Shown here in pieces: positions 40,578 through 50,469 of a stretch of 64,000 nucleotides of DNA. The position numbers and the translations under genes were made by a program. Numbering within the stretch: the first letter of the stretch is position 1; every line of letters starts with the position of its first letter. The DNA is from Gemmatimonadales bacterium (GTDB lineage Bacteria; Gemmatimonadota; Gemmatimonadetes; Gemmatimonadales; GWC2-71-9), in contig JBDIWC010000011.1 in NCBI GenBank assembly GCA_039794085.1, forward strand, positions 28,953 through 92,952, written 5' to 3'. The notes beneath the pieces are model-generated. The model was not told the DNA's origin and ran no database searches. It worked only from the letters and a program-made list of their open reading frames with translations.

Positions 40578-41153
40578 CTACAGCACCGGTTCGCCGCGGA
40601 GCTCGGCGGCGAGCCAGGCGCGCGCCGAGCGGAGTTCCCGCTTTACGGTCGCCAGGGAGATCTCGAAGACCGCGGCGGTCTCCTCGAGCGAAAGCCCGCC
40701 GAAGTAGCGCTGTTCCAGGATCTGACTTTGCCGCTCGTCCAGCGCTTCGAGCCGGTGGAGCGCCTGATCCAGGTCCATGACGACTTCCACCTTCTCCTCC
40801 GAGATCCAGAACGCCGACTCCAGGTCGACCGGGGTCCGGTCGCCCCCCCGCTTGGCCGCCTGCCGGGCCCGGGCATGATCCACCAGCAGGTTCCGCATCA
40901 CCCGGGACATCAGGGCGAGAAAGTGGCTGCGGTCCTTGAGGTTGACCTGCGGTGCGTCCACGAGCTTGAGGTAGGCCTCATGCACCAGATCGGATGTGTT
41001 CAAGGATGCGTCGCCGAGTCCGTTCCGGAGTCGGCGGTGGGCGATCTGGCGCAGCCGGTCGTAGACGGCCGGCATGATCTGGTCGAGGGCGTCCCGGTTT
41101 CCCTCGCCCCAGTGCTGGAGGAGACGGGTGACCTCTGAGGGTGCTGTATCCAT
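40578..41153 (-). CDS. ECF sigma factor (kinase-associated type)
   Basis: EVTRLL, LVHEAYLKL, RYFGGLS, TVKRE..ARAWL. Confidence 0.9.
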   Translation of the reverse strand: MDTAPSEVTRLLQHWGEGNRDALDQIMPAVYDRLRQIAHRRLRNGLGDASLNTSDLVHEAYLKLVDAPQVNLKDRSHFLALMSRVMRNLLVDHARARQAAKRGGDRTPVDLESAFWISEEKVEVVMDLDQALHRLEALDERQSQILEQRYFGGLSLEETAAVFEISLATVKRELRSARAWLAAELRGEPVL

Positions 41154-41389
41154 CATCGCTACCCTGGGCCAGGAGGGGCCGTGAGCCGTTTGGGCCGTGG
41201 ATTCCGAGACAGGAGATGGGTCAAGGTCACCTTCCACGGTATGCCGAGGCCAGACGCGAGATGCATGTCAACATCGATGGCCCCTTGGGATTCGGCCCAT
41301 CTCTGTGGATAGACGTTACACCGATAAGGGTTTTCCACAAGGGGGGGCGAACCCTCCGATCCGACCACCCTCAAACCAAGAGCCCGATC

Positions 41390-42583
41390 ATGTCCCGTCA
41401 TTCCATCCTTCTTGCTGGTGTCGCGTTGATTGCCGCGTGCACCGATTCCTCTCCGACATCACCGGCTCCGGCGGAGCCGCTTACCGCCGCGGCCCCGCAC
41501 CGGGAATCTGGCTCGGCTCAGAACCTGGCGCTCCCGGTCTCCGCTGCCACTCTCCCGGTCGTGATGCGGGAACTCCATAGCCCCAAGGGGTTGGCGTGGG
41601 GTCCCGACGGGTCGCTCTACGTCGTGGAGACCGGGGACAACGTGGTGCGAGGGCCCTGCGCCACGATCGCTCGGGGAACGAACTGCTACAGCGGGAGCGG
41701 AGCGATCTCCCGCCTGCGGCACGGGCGACAGGAACGGGTGCTCGGCGGGCTCCCGTCTGCCTTCAACCCCGTGGCGGGTGACGTCATCGGCCCGAACGAC
41801 CTCGGTTTCCTCGGCTTCGGAACCGCCTTCCTCACGATCGGTTGGGGGGGAGACCCCGCCGCGCGAGACGGTCTGGGAGAGCATCGGGCCGGCTTCGGAT
41901 ACCTGGTTCGCCTGCACAGCCTCCAGGCATCCGGACGGGGGAGTGCTCACTCGGAGAGGAGTGCGTGGTCCCCGGTCGCGGATGTGGCCCGGCTCGAGCA
42001 GGAGCTGAACCCGGACGGGGGTTTCCTGGACTCCAATCCATTCGGCCTGCTGGTCGAGCCGGCCCGGCGCCTCGTTACCGATGCCGGGGGCAACTCGCTG
42101 GTCACCGTGGCGGCGTCGGGGCGCATGGAGCTGGTGTCCGCCTTCCCCGCCACCCCGGCACCTCCCCCTTTCGGCCAGTCGGAAGCTGTACCCACCGCGG
42201 TCGTTCGGGGTCCAGACGGTGCATTGTACGTGAGTACCCTCTCCGGAGTCCCCTTCCTCACCGGTGCCGCGACGATCTACCGGGTGGCACCGGGCCAGCC
42301 GCCCGCGGTGCATGCCGCCGGGTTCAAGACGATCACCGACATCGCGCTCGGCCGGGACGGATCCCTGTATGTGCTGGAGTTCGCGAGCGGGCCGGTCTTC
42401 TTCGCGGGACCCGGCCGGCTGCTGCGACTGGCTCCGGACGGAACCCGGACCGTCCTCGTGGACGATCTGACCAACCCAACGAGTGTGCTGGTCGCACCGA
42501 ACGGCTCGATCTACATCGCCCAGCGTGCGGGAGTCCCCGAGGTGGGCCTCCAGGCGGGTGAAGTCCTGCGTTTCGACCCCTGA
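41390..42583 (+). CDS. ScyD/ScyE-like beta-propeller lipoprotein
   Basis: IAAC lipobox; DSNPFG, DAGGN, EAVPT..GPDGALYV. Confidence 0.75.
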   Translation: MSRHSILLAGVALIAACTDSSPTSPAPAEPLTAAAPHRESGSAQNLALPVSAATLPVVMRELHSPKGLAWGPDGSLYVVETGDNVVRGPCATIARGTNCYSGSGAISRLRHGRQERVLGGLPSAFNPVAGDVIGPNDLGFLGFGTAFLTIGWGGDPAARDGLGEHRAGFGYLVRLHSLQASGRGSAHSERSAWSPVADVARLEQELNPDGGFLDSNPFGLLVEPARRLVTDAGGNSLVTVAASGRMELVSAFPATPAPPPFGQSEAVPTAVVRGPDGALYVSTLSGVPFLTGAATIYRVAPGQPPAVHAAGFKTITDIALGRDGSLYVLEFASGPVFFAGPGRLLRLAPDGTRTVLVDDLTNPTSVLVAPNGSIYIAQRAGVPEVGLQAGEVLRFDP

Positions 42584-42685
42584 CCCCTGGTTGCGCGGGG
42601 GGCCTCCCCGGGGGGCCTCCCGCGTCCGTTCAGCAATCCGGGACCGCTGGCACGATCCTGTCACCCGCACACGAAAGGAGAGGAC

Positions 42686-43201
42686 ATGATGACTACCACT
42701 TTCCGCAGGAGCGCAGTCCTTCTGGCACTGGTCGCTGCCTGCAGCGATTCCCCGACCGAACCGACGGCAGTTGACCGACCCGCTGATGCCAGCGCTGTGC
42801 AGCAGGTCGTGGCCGGTTTTGATGCGACCTGGACTACTGGCGACTTCACGGCCTACGCCAGGCAGTTCATGGGGGCGGAGGGGTGGGAATGGGTGGGACC
42901 GACCGGTGTGGTCCACACGGACTCGGCGGCGATCACGGGGTTGTACAAGACCCTGCTCACCATCGTGTTCGCGAACACGTCACGCAACTCGACCATCCGC
43001 AATCTCACCTTCCTGACGGAAACTTTGGCCGTTCTCGACGTGGACACGAGGGTGACCGGATTCGCGTCGCTTCCGCCGACCGTTGTGCAATGGCAGCCCG
43101 GCGTCGTCCGGGTCCTGGAGAAGAACGTCCTGCTCAAGCGGGACGGTACCTGGCGCATCATCCGACACCAGCAGACGTCTGTGGCGCCCGGAGTGCTCTG
43201 A
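42686..43201 (+). CDS. SnoaL/NTF2-like lipoprotein
   Basis: AACSD lipobox; WRIIRHQ. Confidence 0.7.
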   Translation: MMTTTFRRSAVLLALVAACSDSPTEPTAVDRPADASAVQQVVAGFDATWTTGDFTAYARQFMGAEGWEWVGPTGVVHTDSAAITGLYKTLLTIVFANTSRNSTIRNLTFLTETLAVLDVDTRVTGFASLPPTVVQWQPGVVRVLEKNVLLKRDGTWRIIRHQQTSVAPGVL

Positions 43202-43205
43202 GCAA

Positions 43206-43404
43206 CGTGGGGCGCCCGTGGTTGGTCCCCGGGGCCATACCACCACGCGGAGTGGGCGGGAGCCCGCCCGGAGACTCGTCGTCAGCGAGGCCCCTTGGGT
43301 GGGAAGACCGCTCAAGGGGCCGACGCCTCTGGGGTGAGGAACGTCGCGACCCATACGAAATTCTGAAGAGCCGAAAATGGATTCCCGCGTGCGCGGGAAT
43401 GACG
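43206..43404. repeat. REP-like cluster ending in a CGTC-tagged palindrome
   Basis: TGGATTCCCGCGTGCGCGGGAATGACG at 43378-43404. Confidence 0.65.
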
Positions 43405-43437
43405 ACCGTGGTGGCCGCGTCAGTTGATCTAACGGTG

Positions 43438-45693
43438 CTAAGTCTGGTCCAGCACCTCCCGGACCTTCCGGGCGAGAACCTCGGGAGTGAAGGGCTTCTG
43501 CAGAAACGCGAATCGCGCATCGAGCACACCGTGCCGGAGGACTTCGTCGTCGGTGTAGCCCGAAAGAAAGGCCACCCGGGTCTCGGGGGAAATCACGAGC
43601 AGGTGCTCGGCGAGTTCCCGTCCGCTCATCCCCGGCATGACCACGTCGCTCAGGAGCAGATCGATGTGACCGTCGTGGCGCCGGGCGAGATCGAGGGCTT
43701 CCCGGCCATCCGCGGCCACGAGAACGGCGTATCCCCGGGCAGTCAGAATTCTGCTGACGAGTTCCCGGACGGCGGGTTCGTCCTCCACCACGAGGATCGT
43801 CTCGGATCCTCCCGGGGCGCGTGTCCGGGTTCGATCCGACGGATCAGGCTGGGCGGGTGCCGCGACCCGGGGAAAGAAAATCGTGAAGGTGGTGCCCTGC
43901 CCGGGTTCGCTCTCCACGGTGATATGGCCGTTGCATTGGGACACGATGCCGTAGACGGTGGCCAGGCCGAGGCCGGTTCCGTGGCTCTTGTCCTTGGTGG
44001 TGAAGAAGGGTTCGAAGACGCGTCCCTGGACCTCGGTGTTCATCCCCATGCCGGTGTCGCTCACGGAGAGTGACACATACGGACCCGGTGGGGCGTCAAC
44101 CACGGTGGCGGTGGCGCCCGGATCGAGCGTCACGTTGGTGGTCGTGATGCGGAGAACTCCTCCCGTCGGCATGGCGTCCCGGGCATTGACGGCGAGGTTG
44201 GTGATCACCTGCTCGAGCTGCCCGCGATCGGCGTTGATGGCGCCGAGGCCCGGGGTAAGTGCCGTCTGGACGTCGATGGTTTCTCCGAGCACCCGGTGCA
44301 ACAGCGAGGCCATGTCCAGGACGACGGCGTTGAGATCGATCACCTCGAAGGTCAGCACCTGCCGCCGACTGAAGGCGAGGAGTTGTTGCGTGAGGCTGGC
44401 GGCGCGTTCGGCGGCTTTGCAGATGTCCTCGACTTCTTCCCGACCGGGCAAGGTGGAGGGCCATTTCTGGCGCAGGAGGTCTCCAGACCCCAGGATGATG
44501 GTGAGGATGTTGTTGAAGTCATGGGCGATCCCGCCTGCGAGCTGCCCGATGGCCTCCAACCTCTGGCCCTGTCGGCGCTCCGTCTCGAGTCGCCGCCGGA
44601 CGGTCACATCGCGAGCGAGAGCCAGCATGACGGGGTGGGCCTCGGTCTCGATCATTCCCACCGAGACCTCGACCGGGAAGGTGGTGCCATCCTTCCGCCG
44701 GTGGATTCCGTCCAGGGTCACCGATTCCCCCCGGCTGACCCGGGCCCAGATCTCGCGGATGCTCTCTGCCGAGGTATCAGGATCGATGTCCTGGATGGAC
44801 ATTCCCTTGAGCTCCTGCTCGGTGTAGCCGAGGCTGTCACAGGCCCGTTGATTGACGTCGAGCAATTGCCCATCGGGGCCGACGACGTAAATGGCGTCGG
44901 CGGCGTGTTCCAGGAGAGCCCGAAACCGGCGCTCGCTGGTTCCCCGGGCCTCGAGAGCCCGGCGATGGTCCGTGAGGTCGGAGGCATGCACGATGATGCG
45001 GCCCTCGACCGGAAAGCGACCCGCGCGCCACTCGTAGGTTCGCCCTCCCAAGGTTGTTTCGCCCACGCAATGACCCACCAGATCATCAGTGGCGCAGCGG
45101 TCGAGGATCTGCCTCATCAGCGGGTGGGCGGGACCGAGGGACTCGAGATCGGGGAACTCGGTGCGCGCCGCGGGGTTGAGGTACCGGATCCACCCGTCGA
45201 GGTCGGTTTCCATGACGGGAGTCGGGTTGAGTTCCGGGAAGGAAGCCAGGCGACGCAAATCGTCCTCCGCCCGCCGGTGCTCGGTAACGTCCTGAAAGCA
45301 GTTGATGGCACCGATCTGACGCCCCTCCTCATCGTGGAGCGGGGCGACACTGACCGAGGCCCAAACCCGCGACCCGTCCGGGCGGTCGATCACGACCTCC
45401 CGGTTGAGGATGGGGATGCCGGTCTGGAGCGTTTCGGCCATGGGGGACTCGGAATGCTGCATGGGGGTTCCGTCCCGATGGAACAGCGCGAGCGAGCCGC
45501 AGAACAGGTCCGGAGGTCCCTCCCGCCCCGGATCCCGTCCCCACATCTCCACCGCCTTGTCGTTGTACAAGGTGATGGCGCCCGTGGCATCGCAGACGCA
45601 GACCGCGACGGGCAGCAGGGTGATCCACTCCGCGAGAGGTGTCACTCCCCTGGTGAGGAACTCCGCATCGAGGTGGAAGGGGCGGTCCGTCAT
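43438..45693 (-). CDS. PAS-domain hybrid sensor histidine kinase (CckA-like)
   Basis: AHDFNN, NARDAM, DTGMG, GTGLGL, C-terminal REC (VEDE, SDVVMP, QKPF). Confidence 0.93.
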   Translation of the reverse strand: MTDRPFHLDAEFLTRGVTPLAEWITLLPVAVCVCDATGAITLYNDKAVEMWGRDPGREGPPDLFCGSLALFHRDGTPMQHSESPMAETLQTGIPILNREVVIDRPDGSRVWASVSVAPLHDEEGRQIGAINCFQDVTEHRRAEDDLRRLASFPELNPTPVMETDLDGWIRYLNPAARTEFPDLESLGPAHPLMRQILDRCATDDLVGHCVGETTLGGRTYEWRAGRFPVEGRIIVHASDLTDHRRALEARGTSERRFRALLEHAADAIYVVGPDGQLLDVNQRACDSLGYTEQELKGMSIQDIDPDTSAESIREIWARVSRGESVTLDGIHRRKDGTTFPVEVSVGMIETEAHPVMLALARDVTVRRRLETERRQGQRLEAIGQLAGGIAHDFNNILTIILGSGDLLRQKWPSTLPGREEVEDICKAAERAASLTQQLLAFSRRQVLTFEVIDLNAVVLDMASLLHRVLGETIDVQTALTPGLGAINADRGQLEQVITNLAVNARDAMPTGGVLRITTTNVTLDPGATATVVDAPPGPYVSLSVSDTGMGMNTEVQGRVFEPFFTTKDKSHGTGLGLATVYGIVSQCNGHITVESEPGQGTTFTIFFPRVAAPAQPDPSDRTRTRAPGGSETILVVEDEPAVRELVSRILTARGYAVLVAADGREALDLARRHDGHIDLLLSDVVMPGMSGRELAEHLLVISPETRVAFLSGYTDDEVLRHGVLDARFAFLQKPFTPEVLARKVREVLDQT

Positions 45694-45937
45694 GGGTACG
45701 GGCGGTACATCATCCCGTGGGGATGAACACTCTCATCCGACGGAGGGAGCGAAGCCAGAGGGGCGAACGCATCAAGGCTGAGCATGCGAGTGACGTCGTC
45801 GGAAGAGATCGGACCGTGGTGATTCGCGAATTCGCGGAAACCCTCGGTCCGGGGATGGCCATCCGTGGCTACCATGAATCTAGCACATTCTATGCCGTTC
45901 TGGTCCTGTCAAGACCTGGATCGAAGCGATCTTGCCC

Positions 45938-46375
45938 CTAGGCCAGAAACCTGTTCCGCGCTCCCTCGCTCGGGATCCGGCACCGGTCCCCGTCTCCCTC
46001 ATGACTCCTTCCCCACCCCAGGCGGTGCCGGTGCCGGGCCACCCAGCCATACAGCGCATCCCGTGCCGGCCGAGGCAGGAGACGCCCCACCAGGAGGAGG
46101 CGCCACCACCCCCCGAGATACTCCGCGACCCGGAGCGCGGCGGTGGACCGGGTCGACACCTGCTCCGGAGTCCCGCGCGCGGAATCCGCCGGGTCAAGCC
46201 ATATCATGCTGTCCACTGTGGCGAGTTCCGGATGGCGGGAGATGACCTCGGCGCCCAGGGTCCCCGCCAATGGCGCAAAGCGGAGGTCGGCCCGGGTTTC
46301 GTGACGAAGAACGAATCGAACCGACGCGGCGCAGAGACCGCAGGCCCCGTCGTAGAGAAGGATGGGAGCAGTCAT
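45938..46375 (-). CDS. DCC1-like thiol-disulfide oxidoreductase family protein
   Basis: LYDGACGLC. Confidence 0.85.
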   Translation of the reverse strand: MTAPILLYDGACGLCAASVRFVLRHETRADLRFAPLAGTLGAEVISRHPELATVDSMIWLDPADSARGTPEQVSTRSTAALRVAEYLGGWWRLLLVGRLLPRPARDALYGWVARHRHRLGWGRSHEGDGDRCRIPSEGARNRFLA

Positions 46376-46395
46376 CGCGAGGGCCCTCAGAAGGC

Positions 46396-46636
46396 TGTCA
46401 TTGCGAGGGCCCGCAGGGCCCGTGGCAATCCCGTGAGCCAATGCCCGGCCCCACAAGACACGAGGTTGGCCATCGTGCCTGAAGCTCCGACAGGTTTCGG
46501 CACGAAGGCCGGCTGTCTGTCTCGCTCGATGAGCGCTGGCTCACGGGATCGCCACGCGTGTTGCGAAGGCCCGAAGGCCTGTGGCAATCCGCTTCGCCTC
46601 CTCGCGATGACAGCATCTCGCCCCCTCGCGATGACG
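46396..46636. repeat. TGTCATTGCGAG-type palindromic repeats
   Basis: TGTCATTGCGAGGGCCCGCAGGGCCCGTGGCAATCC plus degenerate inverted copies ending CTCGCGATGAC. Confidence 0.7.
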
Positions 46637-46640
46637 TCCC

Positions 46641-46817
46641 CTAGAACTCCCGGCGCTTCATCTCCTTGAAGAAGCGTTTCCGATCCGGGTCGTCGTCGTC
46701 CGGGCGGATCCGGAGCGTGTCATCGTACTGCGTGGTCCGGTCGACGTTCCTGGGCGCGATCTTCGCGGTGTTCTTCTTGACCAGGGCCGCGATCCTCTTG
46801 TCATCCTGCTTGGACAT
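46641..46817 (-). CDS. 58-aa charged hypothetical protein
   Basis: GGAGG RBS; MSKQDDKRIAALVKKN...FFKEMKRREF. Confidence 0.55.
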   Translation of the reverse strand: MSKQDDKRIAALVKKNTAKIAPRNVDRTTQYDDTLRIRPDDDDPDRKRFFKEMKRREF

Positions 46818-46884
46818 CCATTCCCTCCGGGGAGACAGTCTCCCAAAGATACTGCCGGTCGCGCCGCCAGAGAACGCCCCCGGG

Positions 46885-47397
46885 TCAGGGCTCCTCTTCC
46901 TCCTCCCCCTCGTCTCCCGGGCCCATTTCCACCTCGGCGGCGCGCCGGAGCAGGGCCATCTGTCCCGCATGCCAGAGATTGTGCTGCAGATGGCCCTGGA
47001 TGGTGACAAAGATGGTATCCCCGCCGGGCATGGCGAAGTCATCGAGCCGGGCGGGGTTCATCCCGAGGACCACCTCGCGGAGCCGGCGTTCTCCGGCGGT
47101 GATCCGGGCCACCATACTCTCCCACGCCTCGCCGCTCGGCTCCTCGGGTTGGGGGGGCCATGCGGCGCCCTCATCGAAGGGAACCGGGTCTCCCTCGATC
47201 CGTTGCAGCACCAGGTCCTGCACCTGATGGAGGTGCAGGGCGATCTCCCAGATGGAGTGTGCCCCCGGGACCGGATGGGCTGCTGCCACCGGAGCCGACA
47301 CCCCACGGAGGACCTCGCCGAGGGAGGGGCCATGCCAGGCGCCTCCTTCAAAGGCGAGGGCAAGCTGGTCGGCGAGGCGCAGGGTTTCGGGAACCAT
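46885..47397 (-). CDS. DinB family protein
   Basis: AWHGP, HSIWEIALH, HNLWHAGQ. Confidence 0.85.
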   Translation of the reverse strand: MVPETLRLADQLALAFEGGAWHGPSLGEVLRGVSAPVAAAHPVPGAHSIWEIALHLHQVQDLVLQRIEGDPVPFDEGAAWPPQPEEPSGEAWESMVARITAGERRLREVVLGMNPARLDDFAMPGGDTIFVTIQGHLQHNLWHAGQMALLRRAAEVEMGPGDEGEEEEEP

Positions 47398-47421
47398 GAG
47401 AATCTCCTGTCGTGCCCCGGA

Positions 47422-48660
47422 TCAGGTGCCGAGGGCGGCGCGCACCCGGACCAGGGCATCCTCCAGATGAATGCGGGTGTTCCGGTCCCGAACGCCCCCG
47501 CCGAGCGCGGCCTGAATCTCGGCCTCGAGGGCGCGGAGCTGGTCGCGGATGAGGGGCCGGATGTCGGACTGGCCGATATGCATCGGGGCGTTGAGCGGCG
47601 GATCGTTGTCGTTGCCGACTCGGAGATTTCCGGACCGGGGCGGGGTCCACCCGTCGGTGTTCGCGGTGTGCATCAGGTGATGGGCCTGATCGAGGTACCC
47701 GCGCTGCAGGTTCCGGCGGAAGGTGTCCACCGGCCGGTTGGTGCGGATCTCCCGCCGACGATCTCCCGCACCTGGTCGAGCATGTCGGCGGGCCGGAAGG
47801 CCGCCGGGCCGTCGAGGGCCTCCTGCTCGATGAGCCGGGCGAGCCGGGCATGGTTGAGGAGACGCTGAACAGCAAGAACCTGATAGGCCCGGATCCGCTC
47901 CACCGCGCCCGCGTGCTCGATGCGGCGGAGAAGGTCGAGGTCGAGCGCCCAGGTGGGGGTCTGCAGCACGTGGGTGTCGAGGAACCGCAGCGCGGTGATC
48001 TGGTAGTCCCGCGCGATCGGGGTGTAGATCGGGCCCGGCTCCCCGGCGCGTTTGTGGTGGGTCCAGAAGCCGCCGATGGCCGCGGCCGCGTGCTCGGCGT
48101 AGCGGTTCCACTGGGTGAGGTTCTGGAGGTAATGGGTGCCGAGTTCGTAGTAGTCCTGTCCGGGACGGGGGATCCAGTCGAGCAGGGCGCCGGTGGAGAG
48201 GCGAAGGTTGGCCATGCCCAGCTCCGCCGCGGCGACCGGATCGTCGGAAATCCCCTCGGTCATCCGGTACGGGTCCCACTCGACATCCATGCCGAAGAGC
48301 GCCTCGGCGGACCGGAACCAGGGGAGGTGGGAGCGTTCCACGATCCACTGGTTGAGGGTGTCGAGCTCGGCCTGCGGCGTGGCGGCGCCGATGATCGGCC
48401 GGTAACCCCACATCACCGCGAACTTGTCCCAGAGACCGACCCGGCGCTCCGGGGGGACTCCGTCGCCCGGTTGTGCCGCGTAGTTGTAGCGGGTCCGGCC
48501 CACGGAGGAGGCGGAGTGCCCCATCCGGGCCACGAAGTCGGGGTTCCGGATCGAGTCGACCGGGTAGACGAAGTTGGCCCGCTGGTTGTGCGGAAGGCCC
48601 ACCGAATGCGCAGTCTCGTGGGAGATCACATACCGCAACGCCTCGCCCATGTCCTCGGGG
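47422..48660 (-). pseudogene. Zn-dependent metalloprotease, N-terminus lost, frameshift near 47750
   Basis: HETAHSVGLPHN, YNYAAQPGD, RRNLQR..YL in a second frame. Confidence 0.75.
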
Positions 48661-48919
48661 GAGAGTTCGCTGGTACGGAAGGAGGGATTGGCGGCCTTTC
48701 TGCTCAAGGCGGGTGAACACATCGAGCCCGCGATCCTCCGAGACCTGACCGATCGCAGCACTTTCGAGGTCTCGGGCACCATCACCAAAACCGCGATCGA
48801 TCGGCTCGACACCTGGCATCAGGGATTCAAGCGGTTCACCGATCCCCCGACCCTTGCCATCTTCCTCAAGGACATCACCGTGGAGAAGGTCAATCCCTGA
48901 GGGTGGGCGCGCTCACGGC

Positions 48920-48973
48920 CGTCATCCCGGCGAACGCCGGGATCCACCTTCTAACTTCCCACTTCGAACTTCG
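48920..48973 (+). repeat. CGTC-tagged palindrome plus ACTTC heptamers
   Basis: CGTCATCCCGGCGAACGCCGGGATCCA. Confidence 0.75.
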
Positions 48974-48974
48974 G

Positions 48975-49241
48975 TCAGCGGCACAGGGCGTTTCCGATCT
49001 CCCACGCCTGGCGGTTGCCAGGCTTCATCAACTGCTCCGCCACCCAGGGAACGTCGTCCATTCCCACCGGCAAGTCGGCACGATACGACCAGAAGCAGGA
49101 GGCGTGGTACTTCCGGAACGCCCTCCGGGCCTCGCGCACCTTCACCATTCGCCGCGCCGTCTCCGGGTCGAGAGAGCGACGGCTCCGCGTCCCCCCCTTT
49201 CGGCCGATTTCCGCCAGATATTTTCTTACTGGTTCATCCAT
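48975..49241 (-). CDS. Small protein, probable antitoxin of an AbiEii-like nucleotidyltransferase pair
   Basis: YLAEIGRKGG, CFWSY; family assignment from recall. Confidence 0.55.
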   Translation of the reverse strand: MDEPVRKYLAEIGRKGGTRSRRSLDPETARRMVKVREARRAFRKYHASCFWSYRADLPVGMDDVPWVAEQLMKPGNRQAWEIGNALCR

Positions 49242-49346
49242 TCCAAAAACATAACCGGCTTACGTTCAGAAAACAAATCCCACTCCTCAACCCAACTCGG
49301 ACACCGCCCCTCCCCAACCCCTTCGGGAGGCCTTATCATCGACCCC

Positions 49347-49676
49347 ATGCCTCCCGCCTCCACCCACGCCCGGATCCTCGCCGTCGTGCGCCGCATCCCC
49401 CGGGGGCGGGTGAGCACCTACGGCTGGATCGCGGAACTCGCCGGATTCCCCCGGCAACCTCGCCTGGTCGGGTACGCTCTCCACCAGTCCTCGGACGCGA
49501 CCGTCCCCTGGCACCGGGTGGTCAACGCCCGCGGGGAGGTCTCCCTGCGCACGGTGGGGGAATCCAACCACCGGCAACGGGCCCTTCTCGAGGAGGAGGG
49601 GGTCTCCTTTTCCCTCGCGGGCCGGCTCGACCTGGCCCGGTGCGGCTGGAGGGGTCCCATCCCCAAAGGATCGTGA
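49347..49676 (+). CDS. Alkyltransferase-like protein (ATL, MGMT family)
   Basis: IPRGRVSTYG, PWHRVVN (Trp replaces the catalytic Cys). Confidence 0.88.
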   Translation: MPPASTHARILAVVRRIPRGRVSTYGWIAELAGFPRQPRLVGYALHQSSDATVPWHRVVNARGEVSLRTVGESNHRQRALLEEEGVSFSLAGRLDLARCGWRGPIPKGS

Positions 49677-49750
49677 TCGAGAGCTTCCCTCTCTCGTAAG
49701 GGTCGATACCATCGATGGCGCGGATGACACCAGGCCCACCATCGGGTTTG

Positions 49751-49827
49751 TGTCAAGTGGATGACAACAACTTTTGGTTTTTCTTCACTTCGCTCTGACA
49801 GCCAGCTACCCCGTCAAATTCTTGACA
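49751..49827. promoter_or_regulatory. Two YGTCA-N6-TGACA palindromes
   Basis: 49751-49766 and 49812-49827. Confidence 0.5.
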
Positions 49828-50082
49828 GAGATCCACCTGCCCATTCGGGTCGTCCATCCCCATGAGAAGGATGGCATCGGGGGGATCACTCCCCTGGGGC
49901 GAGCCCCCAAGTTGGTTTCAGAACCGGATGGTGCGGTTCGTTCCAGCGCCCCACTGCCACCACCTCTGTCCGGCACGAGTGGGCCGGTGCAGTGTCCGGG
50001 TTCTCCGCCGTGGCCCCGTTGCCAAGGTCACACGCAGTGGATTCGGACGCAAACGTTTCACCTTCATGAAGGAGAGGTCAGT

Positions 50083-50469
50083 ATGAAGAAGTCCCTCACC
50101 GGCGTGGCAGCGGCAGCGCTGCTCGTCATGGCGCTCCCGGCGGGCGCCGAGGCCCAGATGGCGGGGCCGAAGAGCACGCAGGCGACGATCACCGGTACGG
50201 TGATCGACGTCTCGTGCAAGTTCGGTTTCGGTCTGACGGGTGTGAAGGAGCACAAGATGTGCTCCGAGATCTGCGCCGACAAGGGCATTCCGCTCGCCAT
50301 TCTTGGCGATGACGGGAAGCTCTACATCCCGGTCACGAACGCGATGCCGGGTGAATCCGAGAACGGTCGCATGAAGCCGTTCGCGGAAGAGAAGGTCACC
50401 GTCTCGGGCAAGGTGTTCGAGGCCGGCGGCGCCAAGGCCATCCAGATCGAAAGCATCAAGAAGGCCTAG
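50083..50469 (+). CDS. Exported Cys-containing small beta protein
   Basis: Signal peptide; DVSC..HKMCSEICADKGIP. Confidence 0.7.
   Translation: MKKSLTGVAAAALLVMALPAGAEAQMAGPKSTQATITGTVIDVSCKFGFGLTGVKEHKMCSEICADKGIPLAILGDDGKLYIPVTNAMPGESENGRMKPFAEEKVTVSGKVFEAGGAKAIQIESIKKA

Noticed and set aside
49870..50075. Cobalamin or other riboswitch in the long leader
   Set aside because: Conserved core motifs not found
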